Shown piece after piece: positions 9,529-19,404 of a stretch of DNA of 64,000 nt. The notes beneath the pieces were generated by a model, which was not told where the DNA came from, searched no databases, and saw only the letters and a list, made by a program, of their open reading frames with translations. A program made the translations under genes and the position numbers. Within the stretch, counting starts at the first letter, position 1. Every line of letters starts with the position of its first letter. The stretch lies in IMG/VR virus record IMGVR_UViG_3300026078_000024, positions 28,878 to 92,877 of that record. One strand, written 5' to 3'. Origin of the DNA: a virus.

Positions 9529-9792
9529 TCAGTTCCCCCAGTGCGGATGCGGGATGTGCCGGAGGAGCTTCTTGACCGGCGGGGGGTTCTCGGATCCCCG
9601 GCAGTTCGGGCAGCGGTCGTTCCCGTTGGCGGCGTGCACCCACCCCTTCAGGCGAGCGTCGTACCGTGCGTCCACCACCCCGGACGGGGCGGGAACGACC
9701 AGGTGGACAAGATCCCGGAGGGTCATGCCCGGGGCGAGTGCGGTGATCCCGCACCCGTCACACTTCAAGATCACTACCTTGTGGGCCGTCAT
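9529..9792 (-). CDS. zinc-ribbon protein
   Basis: CDGC...GW...DRCPNC; RBS GAGGAG. Confidence 0.6.
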   Translation of the reverse strand: MTAHKVVILKCDGCGITALAPGMTLRDLVHLVVPAPSGVVDARYDARLKGWVHAANGNDRCPNCRGSENPPPVKKLLRHIPHPHWGN

Positions 9793-9835
9793 GGTTATGC
9801 GGTCTCCTCGTTTACGGTGTATGGGTTGATCCGAT

Positions 9836-9988
9836 TGATCATGTCTTGACCTGGGCAAATCCCGCTCAGCACCACCCCTATCCACTCATAGGGGGGACCT
9901 CAAACGATCTCGTTAGCGGGGCAGCCAGAGGTTTTCTCACCCTACGTGTTGGTAACTTCTCTTATTTTCACGCTGGGTGTCCGGATAC
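9836..9988 (+). repeat. dispersed ~150-bp intergenic element, copy 1
   Basis: Core AAACGATCTCGTTAGCGGGGCAGCCAGAGGTTTT (9902-9935) is identical in the copies at 44.8 and 63.2 kb. Confidence 0.95.
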
Positions 9989-10020
9989 CCGGCCGCATGG
10001 ACGCATATCCATGCGGCCGG
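9989..10020 (-). terminator. terminator hairpin
   Basis: CCGGCCGCATGGA-CGCATA-TCCATGCGGCCGG immediately after the stop at 10028. Confidence 0.7.
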
Positions 10021-10027
10021 GTGTGGA

Positions 10028-10837
10028 TCACGCCTCGATCCGCTTCGACCTGCGGTTCGCGTTGTAGATCTCCACCGTCCGGTAGTACGCGGCCTGCGGG
10101 AGGGACAGAGACGGCCACGCGCGGTAGGTGTCGTGCACCTGGCTGAAGAACTTGTTGAAGCCGAGCTTCGCCAGCTTGGTCACGAACCCCGCCGTGTCGA
10201 GGCCACCGTGGGAAGCGTAGAGGCCCCCGATACCGTTGATCGACTCACCGCACACCGCGCCGACCTGACCCGGCCATGCAGCGTCGATCACCGCGAAGGT
10301 CCGGTCGAGGGTGGCGCCGGTCCCGTCGGCGAAGTAGATCTTCTTTGCGGCAGAGATCGCGTTGAACCGGCGCTGCCCCTTCTCCGCCGTACCGGCAACC
10401 GCCCAGTTGTACTTCGCGGCGATGTTCCGGATGTTGACCGCCCACTCCTCCTCCGCCACGAGAGCGATGCGGAAGGTGTCCAGCGGGGTGACCGCCTTCC
10501 GGTTGTTGTGCTTGAGGAACATCGCGGCCTCCTCCTGGAGGGTGAGGCCGGTGTAGACGTCCGCCGGGATCGTGCACGTGGTGGTGTCCACCCCGCACAC
10601 CGCCTTGAGGGCGTTCCAGCGAGTCTGCCCGTCGAGGATGATCCATTCCTCCTTGGCGTCTCCACCGATCATCGCCAGGCCGGGGACGCGGTGCGAGACG
10701 GTGATCGTCCCGACGTAGAGATCGTTCCAGTTGGCGGCGATCTCTGCGACCCGGCGCGGGTCCACAATCCGCTGAACGCGCGGGTCTATCGAGAGCTGGG
10801 CTGCGGACAGCTCCAGCGTTTCCTTGGTGATCCCCAT
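10028..10837 (-). CDS. ParB/Srx-fold DGQHR-like domain protein
   Basis: IDPRVQR...GTITVS...IILDGQTR...EEAAMF..HN. Confidence 0.7.
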   Translation of the reverse strand: MGITKETLELSAAQLSIDPRVQRIVDPRRVAEIAANWNDLYVGTITVSHRVPGLAMIGGDAKEEWIILDGQTRWNALKAVCGVDTTTCTIPADVYTGLTLQEEAAMFLKHNNRKAVTPLDTFRIALVAEEEWAVNIRNIAAKYNWAVAGTAEKGQRRFNAISAAKKIYFADGTGATLDRTFAVIDAAWPGQVGAVCGESINGIGGLYASHGGLDTAGFVTKLAKLGFNKFFSQVHDTYRAWPSLSLPQAAYYRTVEIYNANRRSKRIEA

Positions 10838-10843
10838 GATCCC

Positions 10844-11839
10844 TTACTTGCCTTCCTCGGTTCCCTCGCCGTTCTTCGCGGCCAGGTCGATCTTGTTGAG
10901 TGCGGTGGAGAGGAGCGCGGGCTGCTTGCCCGGCAGGGTCCACTCCGGGACCAGAACCTCGGACAGGAGGGTGAGGAGCTGGGACGCGGCGCGGCGCGAC
11001 TCCTCAAGATCCTTGACGAACGACCGGAGATCGTCTCCGTCCAGTTCCTTGATCTTGTCCTTGTTGTCGGTCCAGAACTTGTTGATCAGGACCACGTCCC
11101 GGATGCCGGACTGGTGGCCGGTCATGTGGCCCTTCATGGACAGGACCGGGTTGACCTTCCTCGCCGGGGACTGCTTGGTCTTGAGGGTCTCGCGCCGGGT
11201 CACCGCGTCGGCGGGCTTCGAGTCGGCCATGACCTCTTCCTGCTCCTCCGGCGGAAGATCGGCGATCCGGTCGGCCGCGTTGAGGGTGAGGTCCCCGTCG
11301 CGGACGGCCTTCTGAACCTTCGGGGTGGCCCGCTTGCGGACCTTCGCGGCCTTCGCCATGCCCCGGACCGTGGCGCCGGTCTCCTTCGCGATCACCTTCC
11401 GGGTCTTGGGCTCATCCGTGGTGCCGGGCTGCATCTCGGTCTTGCTCTTCGCGGCGTTCCGGTTGCCCGGCTTCCCGCCCCACCCCAGTTCTTCGAGGGC
11501 CTGGGCGGCGAAGTCGATCTGTCCCTGGGAGAGGTGACGCCGGACCACGTTGTGTGACCAGACGTAGTCGGCCGGGTCGCGGCCCGGCCACTTCTGGTCG
11601 AACTTGATCTCCGTGTGCGGCATCCGCTCGGCGACCGGCAGGTCCTTGTTGATCTCTTCGATCGCCAGGTACCGGTTGCGGCCGTCGAGGATCAGGCCCT
11701 CGAACATCACGATGGGGTCCATCTGGCCGTTGGCCCGGATGTCCTTGACCAGTTCGGCGAACTCCGCTTCTCCCAGGAGGGGGAAGACGTTCGCGAGACG
11801 GTGGAACCGAGGGTTTTCCTCGGGGGAGGTGGTGGTCAT
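10844..11839 (-). CDS. ParB-like N-terminal domain protein with HTH
   Basis: LVKDIRANGQMDPIVMFEGLILDGRNRYLA, N..RRHLS, HTH region. Confidence 0.8.
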   Translation of the reverse strand: MTTTSPEENPRFHRLANVFPLLGEAEFAELVKDIRANGQMDPIVMFEGLILDGRNRYLAIEEINKDLPVAERMPHTEIKFDQKWPGRDPADYVWSHNVVRRHLSQGQIDFAAQALEELGWGGKPGNRNAAKSKTEMQPGTTDEPKTRKVIAKETGATVRGMAKAAKVRKRATPKVQKAVRDGDLTLNAADRIADLPPEEQEEVMADSKPADAVTRRETLKTKQSPARKVNPVLSMKGHMTGHQSGIRDVVLINKFWTDNKDKIKELDGDDLRSFVKDLEESRRAASQLLTLLSEVLVPEWTLPGKQPALLSTALNKIDLAAKNGEGTEEGK

Positions 11840-12066
11840 GAACGGTGCCCCTTCTGGGCGAGGTAGTCGGCGGTCAGGCGGACCAGGGTCTCCTGGTCCA
11901 GTGGATCGTGCGTCTCCAGCCATTCCTTGATCGCCTGGCGCACGATGTATCCGAGCTTGGTTTCCCGGCGGACGGCGACGTCGTCGAGATGAGCGCGTGT
12001 CACGGGGTTGGTGACCACGGTCAACATCTCCGTGAGGCGCTCCTCTTCCTGTAGCTTCTTTGGCAT
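11836..12066 (-). CDS. ribbon-helix-helix DNA-binding protein
   Basis: MLTVVT...LDDVAVRRETKLGYIVRQAIKEWL; ATG 6 nt after TATGAT (leaderless). Confidence 0.65.
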   Translation of the reverse strand: MPKKLQEEERLTEMLTVVTNPVTRAHLDDVAVRRETKLGYIVRQAIKEWLETHDPLDQETLVRLTADYLAQKGHRS

Positions 12067-12120
12067 ACCCCCATCATACGACACCACCCCAGAAGATAAG
12101 AGATCTTGTTGGAGGGCACC

Positions 12121-12696
12121 ATGCGGATCATGGGCGTTGATCCATCGATCAGTTCCACCGGCGTCTCGTTCCCGGACGCGGAAACCATGGCGATCAAACC
12201 CCGGTCCAAGGGCGATCTCCGGCTCACCGAGATCGGTGATCAGCTCATGTTCGGCGTGCGGACGGCCCTGCCGGACCTCGTGGTGATCGAAGATCTCGCC
12301 GGGGTGTACCCGGGGAAGTCGGCGCGGATCATCCCCATGCTCCACGGGGTGATCAGAGACCGGCTGCAACAGGACCGCGTCCCGTTCATGCTCCTCAACC
12401 CGAGAACCGTCAAGATCTTCGCCACGGACAACGGCGGGGCCGACAAGGACGAGATGGCGCTAGCTGCCCGTCGGAGGCTCGGCCGGACGTACGGGACCGA
12501 TGACGAGTGCGACGCGGACTGGTGCCGGGTAGCGGGCCGTACGGCCTACGGTCTCGGGGAATGGACCGGGTACGACGACTGGCTCCGCATCCCGGTCGAA
12601 CAGACCGGCTACCTGCGGGTGACCAAGGGCGGGGAACGGATCGTGTGGCCGGTGGTCGGCAATCACCGGCCGTGGCCGAAGGTCGTTCTGCGGTGA
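12121..12696 (+). CDS. ruvC: RuvC-like Holliday junction resolvase
   Basis: MRIMGVDPS, VVIED, P.TVK.FAT..G.ADK, DDECDA. Confidence 0.85.
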   Translation: MRIMGVDPSISSTGVSFPDAETMAIKPRSKGDLRLTEIGDQLMFGVRTALPDLVVIEDLAGVYPGKSARIIPMLHGVIRDRLQQDRVPFMLLNPRTVKIFATDNGGADKDEMALAARRRLGRTYGTDDECDADWCRVAGRTAYGLGEWTGYDDWLRIPVEQTGYLRVTKGGERIVWPVVGNHRPWPKVVLR

Positions 12697-12703
12697 TCAT
12701 GCG

Positions 12704-12738
12704 GAAGGCCCCGCCGGATGGTGGACGGCGGGGCCTTC
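12704..12738. terminator. bidirectional terminator hairpin
   Basis: GAAGGCCCCGCC...GGCGGGGCCTTC between convergent genes. Confidence 0.7.
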
Positions 12739-12751
12739 GGTCAGGGGAAGA

Positions 12752-13417
12752 TCAGAACGGAGGTTCCGAGTCGTCCCCGCCCTCCCACGGGGAATCGTCG
12801 TCCGGCCCGGCGGCGGAGTCGACCATCTTGTCCTGGTACGCCGGGTTGTGCGCAGCCGGGGTCCACACCACCTCGTAGGTGTAGGCGTAGTAGTCGTTCG
12901 GCTTCTTCACGTCCTCGCCGCGCGTGATCGCCACGTGCGCGCCGACCTCCAGGGGCGCGAACTGGCGGCCGAGGTTGTACTTCTGTGCGGCGGCCTGGCG
13001 GCCCTTGCGGAACGCCTTCGCCAGTTCGCCATGGATGTACGCGGTACGGACACCGTCGTCATCCGGCAGTTCACGCCGGATGTACCGGTTCGACTCCCAG
13101 GTGTAGCCGGTCGGCTCGCACTGGAGGTCCACGGTGATCTGCATGCACGGGTTCTGCTTCGACGTCTCCGGGAACCGGAGCTTCGACTCGATCACCCGCT
13201 TCTTACCCTCCCAGTACTGGGGCTCGCCGGTGTCCTTGTCGGTCATCTGGACCTCGGTGGGGGACCACCCGATCACGTCCCCGACCACCTTGGCCCCGAC
13301 CTTCGGCCACTTCGCCGCGACGGACGCGCCACCGTCGAGATACTCCTCGGCACTGCGCACCTGACGCTGTGGTTCGACCCGCTGCCGACCGGCGAACGGG
13401 CCCGTGGATGTCGTCAT
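12752..13417 (-). CDS. putative single-stranded DNA-binding protein
   Basis: Acidic tail ending DDSEPPF; next to the exonuclease and helicase. Confidence 0.6.
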   Translation of the reverse strand: MTTSTGPFAGRQRVEPQRQVRSAEEYLDGGASVAAKWPKVGAKVVGDVIGWSPTEVQMTDKDTGEPQYWEGKKRVIESKLRFPETSKQNPCMQITVDLQCEPTGYTWESNRYIRRELPDDDGVRTAYIHGELAKAFRKGRQAAAQKYNLGRQFAPLEVGAHVAITRGEDVKKPNDYYAYTYEVVWTPAAHNPAYQDKMVDSAAGPDDDSPWEGGDDSEPPF

Positions 13418-13613
13418 GATCTTCCTGTCTGCTTGAGTGCTTCGATCTTCTGTGGGGGCCCCGCGCAGCTACGAGGCTTGCCTGCCGTGATCTCGGATGC
13501 CATGTCACCACGGCCCAACTGCTATCCCTTGATCACTGGCTTACAGACCAGGTACCTGATCTGCAATCGCCGGTAGGCGATGTCTCTATGATACGACCGC
13601 TTGGATCAGCCCG

Positions 13614-16067
13614 CTACGCCCTGGCCAGCCGGTCTTGCATGATCCGGACCAGCTTGTCCCGGTACTCCTTCGCGGCCGGTCGCTTCTCCTCCGGCATGGT
13701 CTTGATCTTGTCGTTGATCTCTTTGAACACGGCCGACGCTTCCGCCTTCGTCGTCACGGCATGGGCCCGGTCGGTCAGACTGCGTCCGTCCCGGGGCGTG
13801 GCTGGCGGCTCCGGGGTTTTCTCCGTCTCCTGGACCGGTTGGGTCGGGGAGGGGGTGTCGGGCCGGGAGACGGCCGTCTGTGCCTTTGGATCACCCAGCT
13901 TGACCAGCGCCACGAGGGCCTTGATCGTGTCGTCCGGGACCCCGGCGCGCTTCGCCCTCCTCCAGAGATCGTTCGCCTGGTCCCGGGTCTCGGCGCTCTT
14001 GAATGCGTCCGTCCACTGCTGGAGGGACAGCTCCCCCCACTCCGGCATGGGTGCGGCCAGGTCGGGGTCAGGGCCGCATCCGTCGGTGTCGTGGTCGCAG
14101 GCGTTCGCGGTTTCGATGTTGTCCCACTTCGCCCCGCACGCGCACGTGTACTGATCCATCTCGTACATCTCGCGGGCGGCGGCTTCCTTGATCGCCCGGA
14201 TCTTCTCCTTCTCCTCCTTCTCGCGCCGGACCGACTCCGCCCACTCCGGCCCCGATGCGACGGTGTGCGAGACGTGGCCGGGGTCCGGCCGTTCCGTTGC
14301 ATCCGCCCCGGTGGCGTCCTCTTTGATCGATTCGACCAACTCGGCCATGGCGGCGTCCCGCTCCTCCTGGGTGATCATGGCGGCCATGGCTTCGTCGTCG
14401 GCCGCCCGGTTCTCCATGGCCAGCTGATCTACCGACGGCTCCTCCGGGGTCGACTCCGGTTCCTCCCCCTGCTCGTAGTCCACCTCGGACCCGACGTCCG
14501 TCGCGGAGAACGTCGCGAACGGCACCTGGGGGAGTTCGATCTTCCAGAAGTCGCGGTTCGCCTTGCAGATCTGCGCACCCCGCCAGCCGGTGACGAGGTC
14601 GGCCGGGTAGAACTTGCACTCCCCCGACCCGTACGGGACGTGCATCACGACACCCACGTCCTCGCGCACCCGGGCGGGTTTGCCGTAGTCGGACAGACCG
14701 AAGTCCTCCAGCGGGGCCCACCGGAACGGGCCTCCCGGTTCGTCCTGCACGGCCACCCCGTTCTCGTTGATCGCGTGCGCGTAGATCGCCTCCTGGATCA
14801 GGATCTCCAGCCACGGGGATTCGATGTTGTCCCCCGACTTCACGTCCCCGATCACGAACTCTCCGGCGTGAATGGTCGTCGCGCGGCCGTCGAGATCGAG
14901 AACCTCCGTGTCCCTCACGCATTCGAGGACCCGGTCGAACGTGCCGGAGACACCCAGCTCCGAGGAGTAGACGGACCGCTCGATCAACCCCTTCACCGGT
15001 CGGAAACCGCATTCGGCCAGGGCGAGACGGTAGGCGACGGCGTCCCGGTAGTAGTCCTCCGGGACGTCTTCCAACTCCCGTTGTCCCGCGTCGACTTCCT
15101 CGGTGTACTTGTGGAGGGTCGTCCCTTTCTCGGCCCGTTTCTTGGACCCGGCTGCCAGCATCGCTTCCTCCGCCCGGGAGTTGAGGAAGGCGCGGCGGAC
15201 CTTGACGGCCTCCAGGGGTTCGAGGTTGCGGATGCCGGACGCGACCTTCTCCAAGATCTCCGGGTCCTGGAGGAGACCGATCAGGATCATCCGGTGGCGC
15301 CATTGGTCGAGGGCGTAGGAGTCGGCGATCCCCTCCGCGTACTTGCTGGCCCGGCTGCCGGAGATCGGTTTCCCCGTCTCGGGGTCCGGCAGCTTGTACC
15401 GGCCATTGACCACCGGCAGGGTCCGGGCGACGATCTTCGGACGGTCTTCCACCCGGTCCTGCTCCCGGGCGTACGGCCCGCAGCAGTCCTCGGCCTCGTA
15501 GCCGCCGTCCGCGCGCCGGATGTTCTCGCCTTCGAGGAAGTGTGATCCACAAGAGACACAGTTCCCGTCGTACCGGGCGGGCCAGAACCTCGGCCCATCG
15601 TCGACAACGTCCTCCCCCTCCTCCTCGTTCTCGTCCCCGTCGAGGAAGTCGTCCGCACCCCGGGGGACGTACGGCTCGGCCGCTGCGGGCCGCTCCGTCT
15701 CCCCCCGGTGGGATTGGGCGTTGTCGTGGAGTCCGCCCGGGAGCGGGTCGCGGAACGGGTTGGGCGGCGGCGGGACGTGGATCGAGGGATCGTCCGCCAT
15801 GGTCGGGCCCTCGTCCGGTTCGGCCATGCCGCAGTCGTCCACGGTGCAGAAGGAGCCGGAGTGTCCGTTCTCGTCGTCGGCCCACGTGAACCGGTGGGTG
15901 TGCAACTCGGTGTTCTGGACGGGGAAGTTGGATCCCTCGGGGCATGCCGGGTTGTCCGGCCCCACCCTCTTGCCGTTCGGCGCGTGCGACCGCACCCGGC
16001 CATTGCGCGTCAACGTGAGATCGTCTCGGGTGCACCCCTGGCAGGAGTATGTTTGCCGGTCGGTCAT
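13614..16067 (-). CDS. PD-(D/E)xK (Cas4/RecB-like) exonuclease with Zn-binding N-terminus and acidic C-terminus
   Basis: GTTLHKYTE, GVSGTFDRV, IGDVKSG, IQEAIYA; start MTDRQTYSC. Confidence 0.8.
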   Translation of the reverse strand: MTDRQTYSCQGCTRDDLTLTRNGRVRSHAPNGKRVGPDNPACPEGSNFPVQNTELHTHRFTWADDENGHSGSFCTVDDCGMAEPDEGPTMADDPSIHVPPPPNPFRDPLPGGLHDNAQSHRGETERPAAAEPYVPRGADDFLDGDENEEEGEDVVDDGPRFWPARYDGNCVSCGSHFLEGENIRRADGGYEAEDCCGPYAREQDRVEDRPKIVARTLPVVNGRYKLPDPETGKPISGSRASKYAEGIADSYALDQWRHRMILIGLLQDPEILEKVASGIRNLEPLEAVKVRRAFLNSRAEEAMLAAGSKKRAEKGTTLHKYTEEVDAGQRELEDVPEDYYRDAVAYRLALAECGFRPVKGLIERSVYSSELGVSGTFDRVLECVRDTEVLDLDGRATTIHAGEFVIGDVKSGDNIESPWLEILIQEAIYAHAINENGVAVQDEPGGPFRWAPLEDFGLSDYGKPARVREDVGVVMHVPYGSGECKFYPADLVTGWRGAQICKANRDFWKIELPQVPFATFSATDVGSEVDYEQGEEPESTPEEPSVDQLAMENRAADDEAMAAMITQEERDAAMAELVESIKEDATGADATERPDPGHVSHTVASGPEWAESVRREKEEKEKIRAIKEAAAREMYEMDQYTCACGAKWDNIETANACDHDTDGCGPDPDLAAPMPEWGELSLQQWTDAFKSAETRDQANDLWRRAKRAGVPDDTIKALVALVKLGDPKAQTAVSRPDTPSPTQPVQETEKTPEPPATPRDGRSLTDRAHAVTTKAEASAVFKEINDKIKTMPEEKRPAAKEYRDKLVRIMQDRLARA

Positions 16068-16069
16068 GA

Positions 16070-17716
16070 TCAGACCTTCCTCATGTGGTGATCGAACTTC
16101 TCGGAGGCCGCCCCGATCGCGATCAGGTCGGCCATGTCTCCCTTGGTTGGGTTCTCGGGGATCATGAACCCGTACTGCCGTGCCTTGCCGATCATCACCG
16201 GGTGCGCGGCCTCCTTCCGCCACCGGGCCGACTTCTCGCCGGTGCGCGACTTGTACGCGGTCAGATCGTCCGCCTCCGTCTCCGCCCACGCCTGTGCGGT
16301 GCCGAGGGGGAGGGAACGGTGGAGGCGGCGCCATTTGCCGCGCGCCGGTGCGGCGCACACGTCCCACCGGCCGTTTCCGTCGGCCCAGAGGAACACGAAC
16401 CCGTGGCCGACCGGGATGAACAACACCCCGGCGTCCGTGCGCAGCCACGCCTTGGACGAGGACGCGAACATGTCCATGTCCCGGTGCTTCAACGCGAACG
16501 CCAGAGACCCGGCCTCGTAGATCGTGTCCTGTTCCGTCTCGTACCGGATCGCGGCCTGCGCGAGGCTCTCGCCGGAATGGACGGTGTCCACCTCGCCGGG
16601 GGCGAGATCGATCAACGTGGAGAGACGGCCGCCGGTCCCGGCGACGTCGAGAACCAACGCGTCCTGCTTGCCCGGCCACGGGCGCAGCACCCGGCCGACC
16701 ATTTGCTGATAGAGGGCCGGGGACTTGGTGGGGCGGGCGATGACCACGCAGTCGGCCCAGGGGGCGTCGAATCCCTCCGTGAGAACCATGCAGTTGACGA
16801 TCACCCGGAGTTCACCGGTCTCGAACCTCTTGTAGATCAGCTGTCGCTCTTCCACCGGCGTCCCGCCGGTGACCACGACCGCACCCCGGCCGATCGCGCG
16901 CATCGTCGCGACCGCACTGAACACGTCGGGACAGAAGACGATCGATCTCCGGTGCGGCGCGTACTTCCGCAGGGCCTCGGCCACGAGGGTCGGGGATCCC
17001 GCGTCCACCATGGCGGACCCGAGAGCACCGGCTTGATAATCCCCGGCTGTGGTCCGGATCCGGGAAAGATCGAGATCGTCCAGTTCGATCCGCTGCCCGC
17101 GCACGTCCACCAGGTAGTTCCGGGAGATCATCCACAGGACGGACTTGGAATAGACCACGTCCTCCCACACCGACCCGAGACCCGTTCCGTCGCCCCGGGA
17201 GAGGGTCGCGGTGAACCCGGCGTTCAACGTGTCGGGGAACGCGTCGTAGATCTTCCGGTACGACGGCGCGGCGGCATGATGGCACTCGTCGGTGACGATC
17301 AGGCCGATCTCGCCGTACATGTCCTGATCATGGATCAGGCGCTCCAGGCGGCTGCCCCGTGAGAGGGTCTGGACGGACGCGACCATGACCGTGGCCCCGG
17401 TGTCGTCCGACTCGGCCTTGATCAGACCGGTGTCGAGATCCGGCGCGACCATGGCGAGCTTGTCGAGGGTCTGGCGGGCGAGTTCGTCCCGGTGCACGAG
17501 GATCACCTGACGGCGCGGATCCCGTTCCGTCCCGGCGGCGTCGGCGTAGGTGCGCCATTGGTAGAAGTCACGGGCGAGGGCGGAGAAGACGATCGTCTTT
17601 CCGGCCCCGGTCGGCAAGACCTCCGCCGGTCGGCGCATCCCGTCACCCCAGGCGCGGAACAACGCCCGGACGGCTTCCTCCTGGTAGTCCCTCAAGGTGA
17701 TCAAGCCGTGGCTCAC
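16070..17716 (-). CDS. SF2 DEAD/DEAH-box helicase
   Basis: LRDYQ, LPTGAGKT, DECHH, TAT, LTEGFD, QMVGRVLR. Confidence 0.95.
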   Translation of the reverse strand: MSHGLITLRDYQEEAVRALFRAWGDGMRRPAEVLPTGAGKTIVFSALARDFYQWRTYADAAGTERDPRRQVILVHRDELARQTLDKLAMVAPDLDTGLIKAESDDTGATVMVASVQTLSRGSRLERLIHDQDMYGEIGLIVTDECHHAAAPSYRKIYDAFPDTLNAGFTATLSRGDGTGLGSVWEDVVYSKSVLWMISRNYLVDVRGQRIELDDLDLSRIRTTAGDYQAGALGSAMVDAGSPTLVAEALRKYAPHRRSIVFCPDVFSAVATMRAIGRGAVVVTGGTPVEERQLIYKRFETGELRVIVNCMVLTEGFDAPWADCVVIARPTKSPALYQQMVGRVLRPWPGKQDALVLDVAGTGGRLSTLIDLAPGEVDTVHSGESLAQAAIRYETEQDTIYEAGSLAFALKHRDMDMFASSSKAWLRTDAGVLFIPVGHGFVFLWADGNGRWDVCAAPARGKWRRLHRSLPLGTAQAWAETEADDLTAYKSRTGEKSARWRKEAAHPVMIGKARQYGFMIPENPTKGDMADLIAIGAASEKFDHHMRKV

Positions 17717-17934
17717 GTGATCGCCTCCTGGCGGTTGTGCATCTCGGCCATGCCGAGAAGGAGACGGTAGTCGGAAGCGCGGGCTTCGAGATCCCGGACC
17801 CGGCGACCGGCGGCCGACGCATGCGGAGATGTGGGGACCAACCCCCGCCAGTACGACCGCTGTTGCTCTGCCCTGAGTTCCAACTCGGCCACTTTCGACC
17901 GGAGTTCGGCCATGGTGAGAGTGGAGAGTCTCAT
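17713..17934 (-). CDS. hypothetical coiled-coil protein
   Basis: Overlapping start/stop packing. Confidence 0.6.
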   Translation of the reverse strand: MRLSTLTMAELRSKVAELELRAEQQRSYWRGLVPTSPHASAAGRRVRDLEARASDYRLLLGMAEMHNRQEAIT

Positions 17935-18179
17935 TCCCGCCCCCTGACGATGTGGGTTTCACCCGTGTCGGCCACCGGCGTGCTCTCCTGCAACCGGCGC
18001 AACCTCGGGCCGGTCCGGGCGGAGATCTCGGCGCTGATCAGATCGAGGAGGGTTTCGACGTTGTCCCGGAAAGCCCTCAGCTCTCCGTCGAGGAACTGCT
18101 CGTGGATCCGTTCGGCCGCCGCTTCGGTGCGGCCTTCCAGGACGGCGTGGAGAATGGTGCCTTCAACCGAGTTGATCAT
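17931..18179 (-). CDS. hypothetical protein
   Basis: ATGA overlaps; RBS AAGGA. Confidence 0.6.
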   Translation of the reverse strand: MINSVEGTILHAVLEGRTEAAAERIHEQFLDGELRAFRDNVETLLDLISAEISARTGPRLRRLQESTPVADTGETHIVRGRE

Positions 18180-18403
18180 TCTTTGTCCTTCCGGTGCATG
18201 AAGGCCATGTGGCCGTTCCCGCACGTGACGATCCATGTCTTGCTCCCGGCGCCCTCGGTCACCTCAAGATCGATGGACGTGCAGTCCTTCGCCGGACACT
18301 CAACGACGATCGGTGCGCCGGTGGAGTCGACCGGCAGGGGCGCGGTCTTGGATTCGGTCACCCGGAATCCCTGGGGGAGTTCGTAACCACGGTCCTCATT
18401 CAT
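18176..18403 (-). CDS. small zinc-ribbon-like protein
   Basis: CPAKDC...CGNGH. Confidence 0.55.
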   Translation of the reverse strand: MNEDRGYELPQGFRVTESKTAPLPVDSTGAPIVVECPAKDCTSIDLEVTEGAGSKTWIVTCGNGHMAFMHRKDKE

Positions 18404-18827
18404 TCGTCCTGGGCCTCCAGTCCGTGTTGCTGTCCTTGCAGAACATGCACCGGGCCTCCCGCTCGGGGTGACCGCAGTAGGCGCAGCGCTTGTCGGGGTT
18501 CTCGGAATGCTCGGCGCCCCGCAGGTCGGCGAGACGGAGAGCGACCGCTTCACCGGACGACCGGGCGTAATGCCCGGAGCGCTGCCAGCCGCAGGTGCAG
18601 ACGACCGCCCACCACCCGCCCCCGTCCGCGTCCGGGTGCGTGTCGGCCGTGGTGTGGTGGAAGATCTCCGGGTCCTCCTGATCGAGGGCGGCCCTGACCC
18701 GGGCGGCCTCCTGCGCCTCCTTCAGGTCGGCGTCCCGTTCCAGGGCCTCCCAGCATTTCGGGCAGTCGAACGCCTCCCCCAGCTGCCGGGTGCGGGTACC
18801 GATGCACACATGGTCTTTTACGGTCAT
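18396..18827 (-). CDS. Cys-rich hypothetical protein
   Basis: CPKC, CTCGW, CAYC, CMFC. Confidence 0.6.
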   Translation of the reverse strand: MTVKDHVCIGTRTRQLGEAFDCPKCWEALERDADLKEAQEAARVRAALDQEDPEIFHHTTADTHPDADGGGWWAVVCTCGWQRSGHYARSSGEAVALRLADLRGAEHSENPDKRCAYCGHPEREARCMFCKDSNTDWRPRTNE

Positions 18828-18970
18828 GACGTCCTCCTCCGCCCCGTGGGGCGCGTCAGGAGCTGGGATGCGATGACCATGATCACGCCGAGTGATCCGA
18901 ACAGGATCATGATCCACATCTGGAACGGGGTGACGGTGAGAGAACCGGACCGGCGGTGCCTGCCCCTCAT
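18824..18970 (-). CDS. small membrane protein
   Basis: MRGRHRR... plus one transmembrane segment; RBS GGAGGAGG. Confidence 0.55.
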   Translation of the reverse strand: MRGRHRRSGSLTVTPFQMWIMILFGSLGVIMVIASQLLTRPTGRRRTS

Positions 18971-19404
18971 GCGTCCTCCTCCGGGTGGTTCTTCACCCAG
19001 TCGCGGATGACGGATTCGAGGGCGAGGAGCTTCTCGTTCCCGAGGTTGATCGCGAGGTTGTTCTCGGGGGTGCCGGTGCCGGTCCTCTGGGCGGTCCGCC
19101 ACTGGACCCGGAACTCCTCGCTCAACCCGGCGAGCTGGTCCTTGAGGCGCATCAGCTCGCGGATCCGCAGATGATCGGTTACCAAGATTTGAGACATCTT
19201 GAGATGCAGGGCTGCATGTTCGTCCCGGAGTGCCTCGTCGTAGTGGTGCGCGTGCATCGAACTGCCGTGGCTGCTCCCGCACTTGGCGCACACCGGGACG
19301 GAGAACGAGGAGATCAGATTGGTCTTGACCGTCCCGCATTCGCACGTCCACCTCACGCACAACGGGCACGGCGGGACGTACCACCGGCCTTTACGACTGG
19401 GCAC
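18967..19404 (-). CDS. Zn-finger/coiled-coil hypothetical protein
   Basis: CPLC, CECG, CAKC. Confidence 0.55.
   Translation of the reverse strand: MPSRKGRWYVPPCPLCVRWTCECGTVKTNLISSFSVPVCAKCGSSHGSSMHAHHYDEALRDEHAALHLKMSQILVTDHLRIRELMRLKDQLAGLSEEFRVQWRTAQRTGTGTPENNLAINLGNEKLLALESVIRDWVKNHPEEDA

Noticed and set aside
9836-9988. Dispersed element as a known ribozyme, preQ1 riboswitch or IS end
   Set aside because: I could not find hammerhead (CTGATGA/GAAA) or preQ1 consensus, terminal inverted repeats or a transposase by eye.
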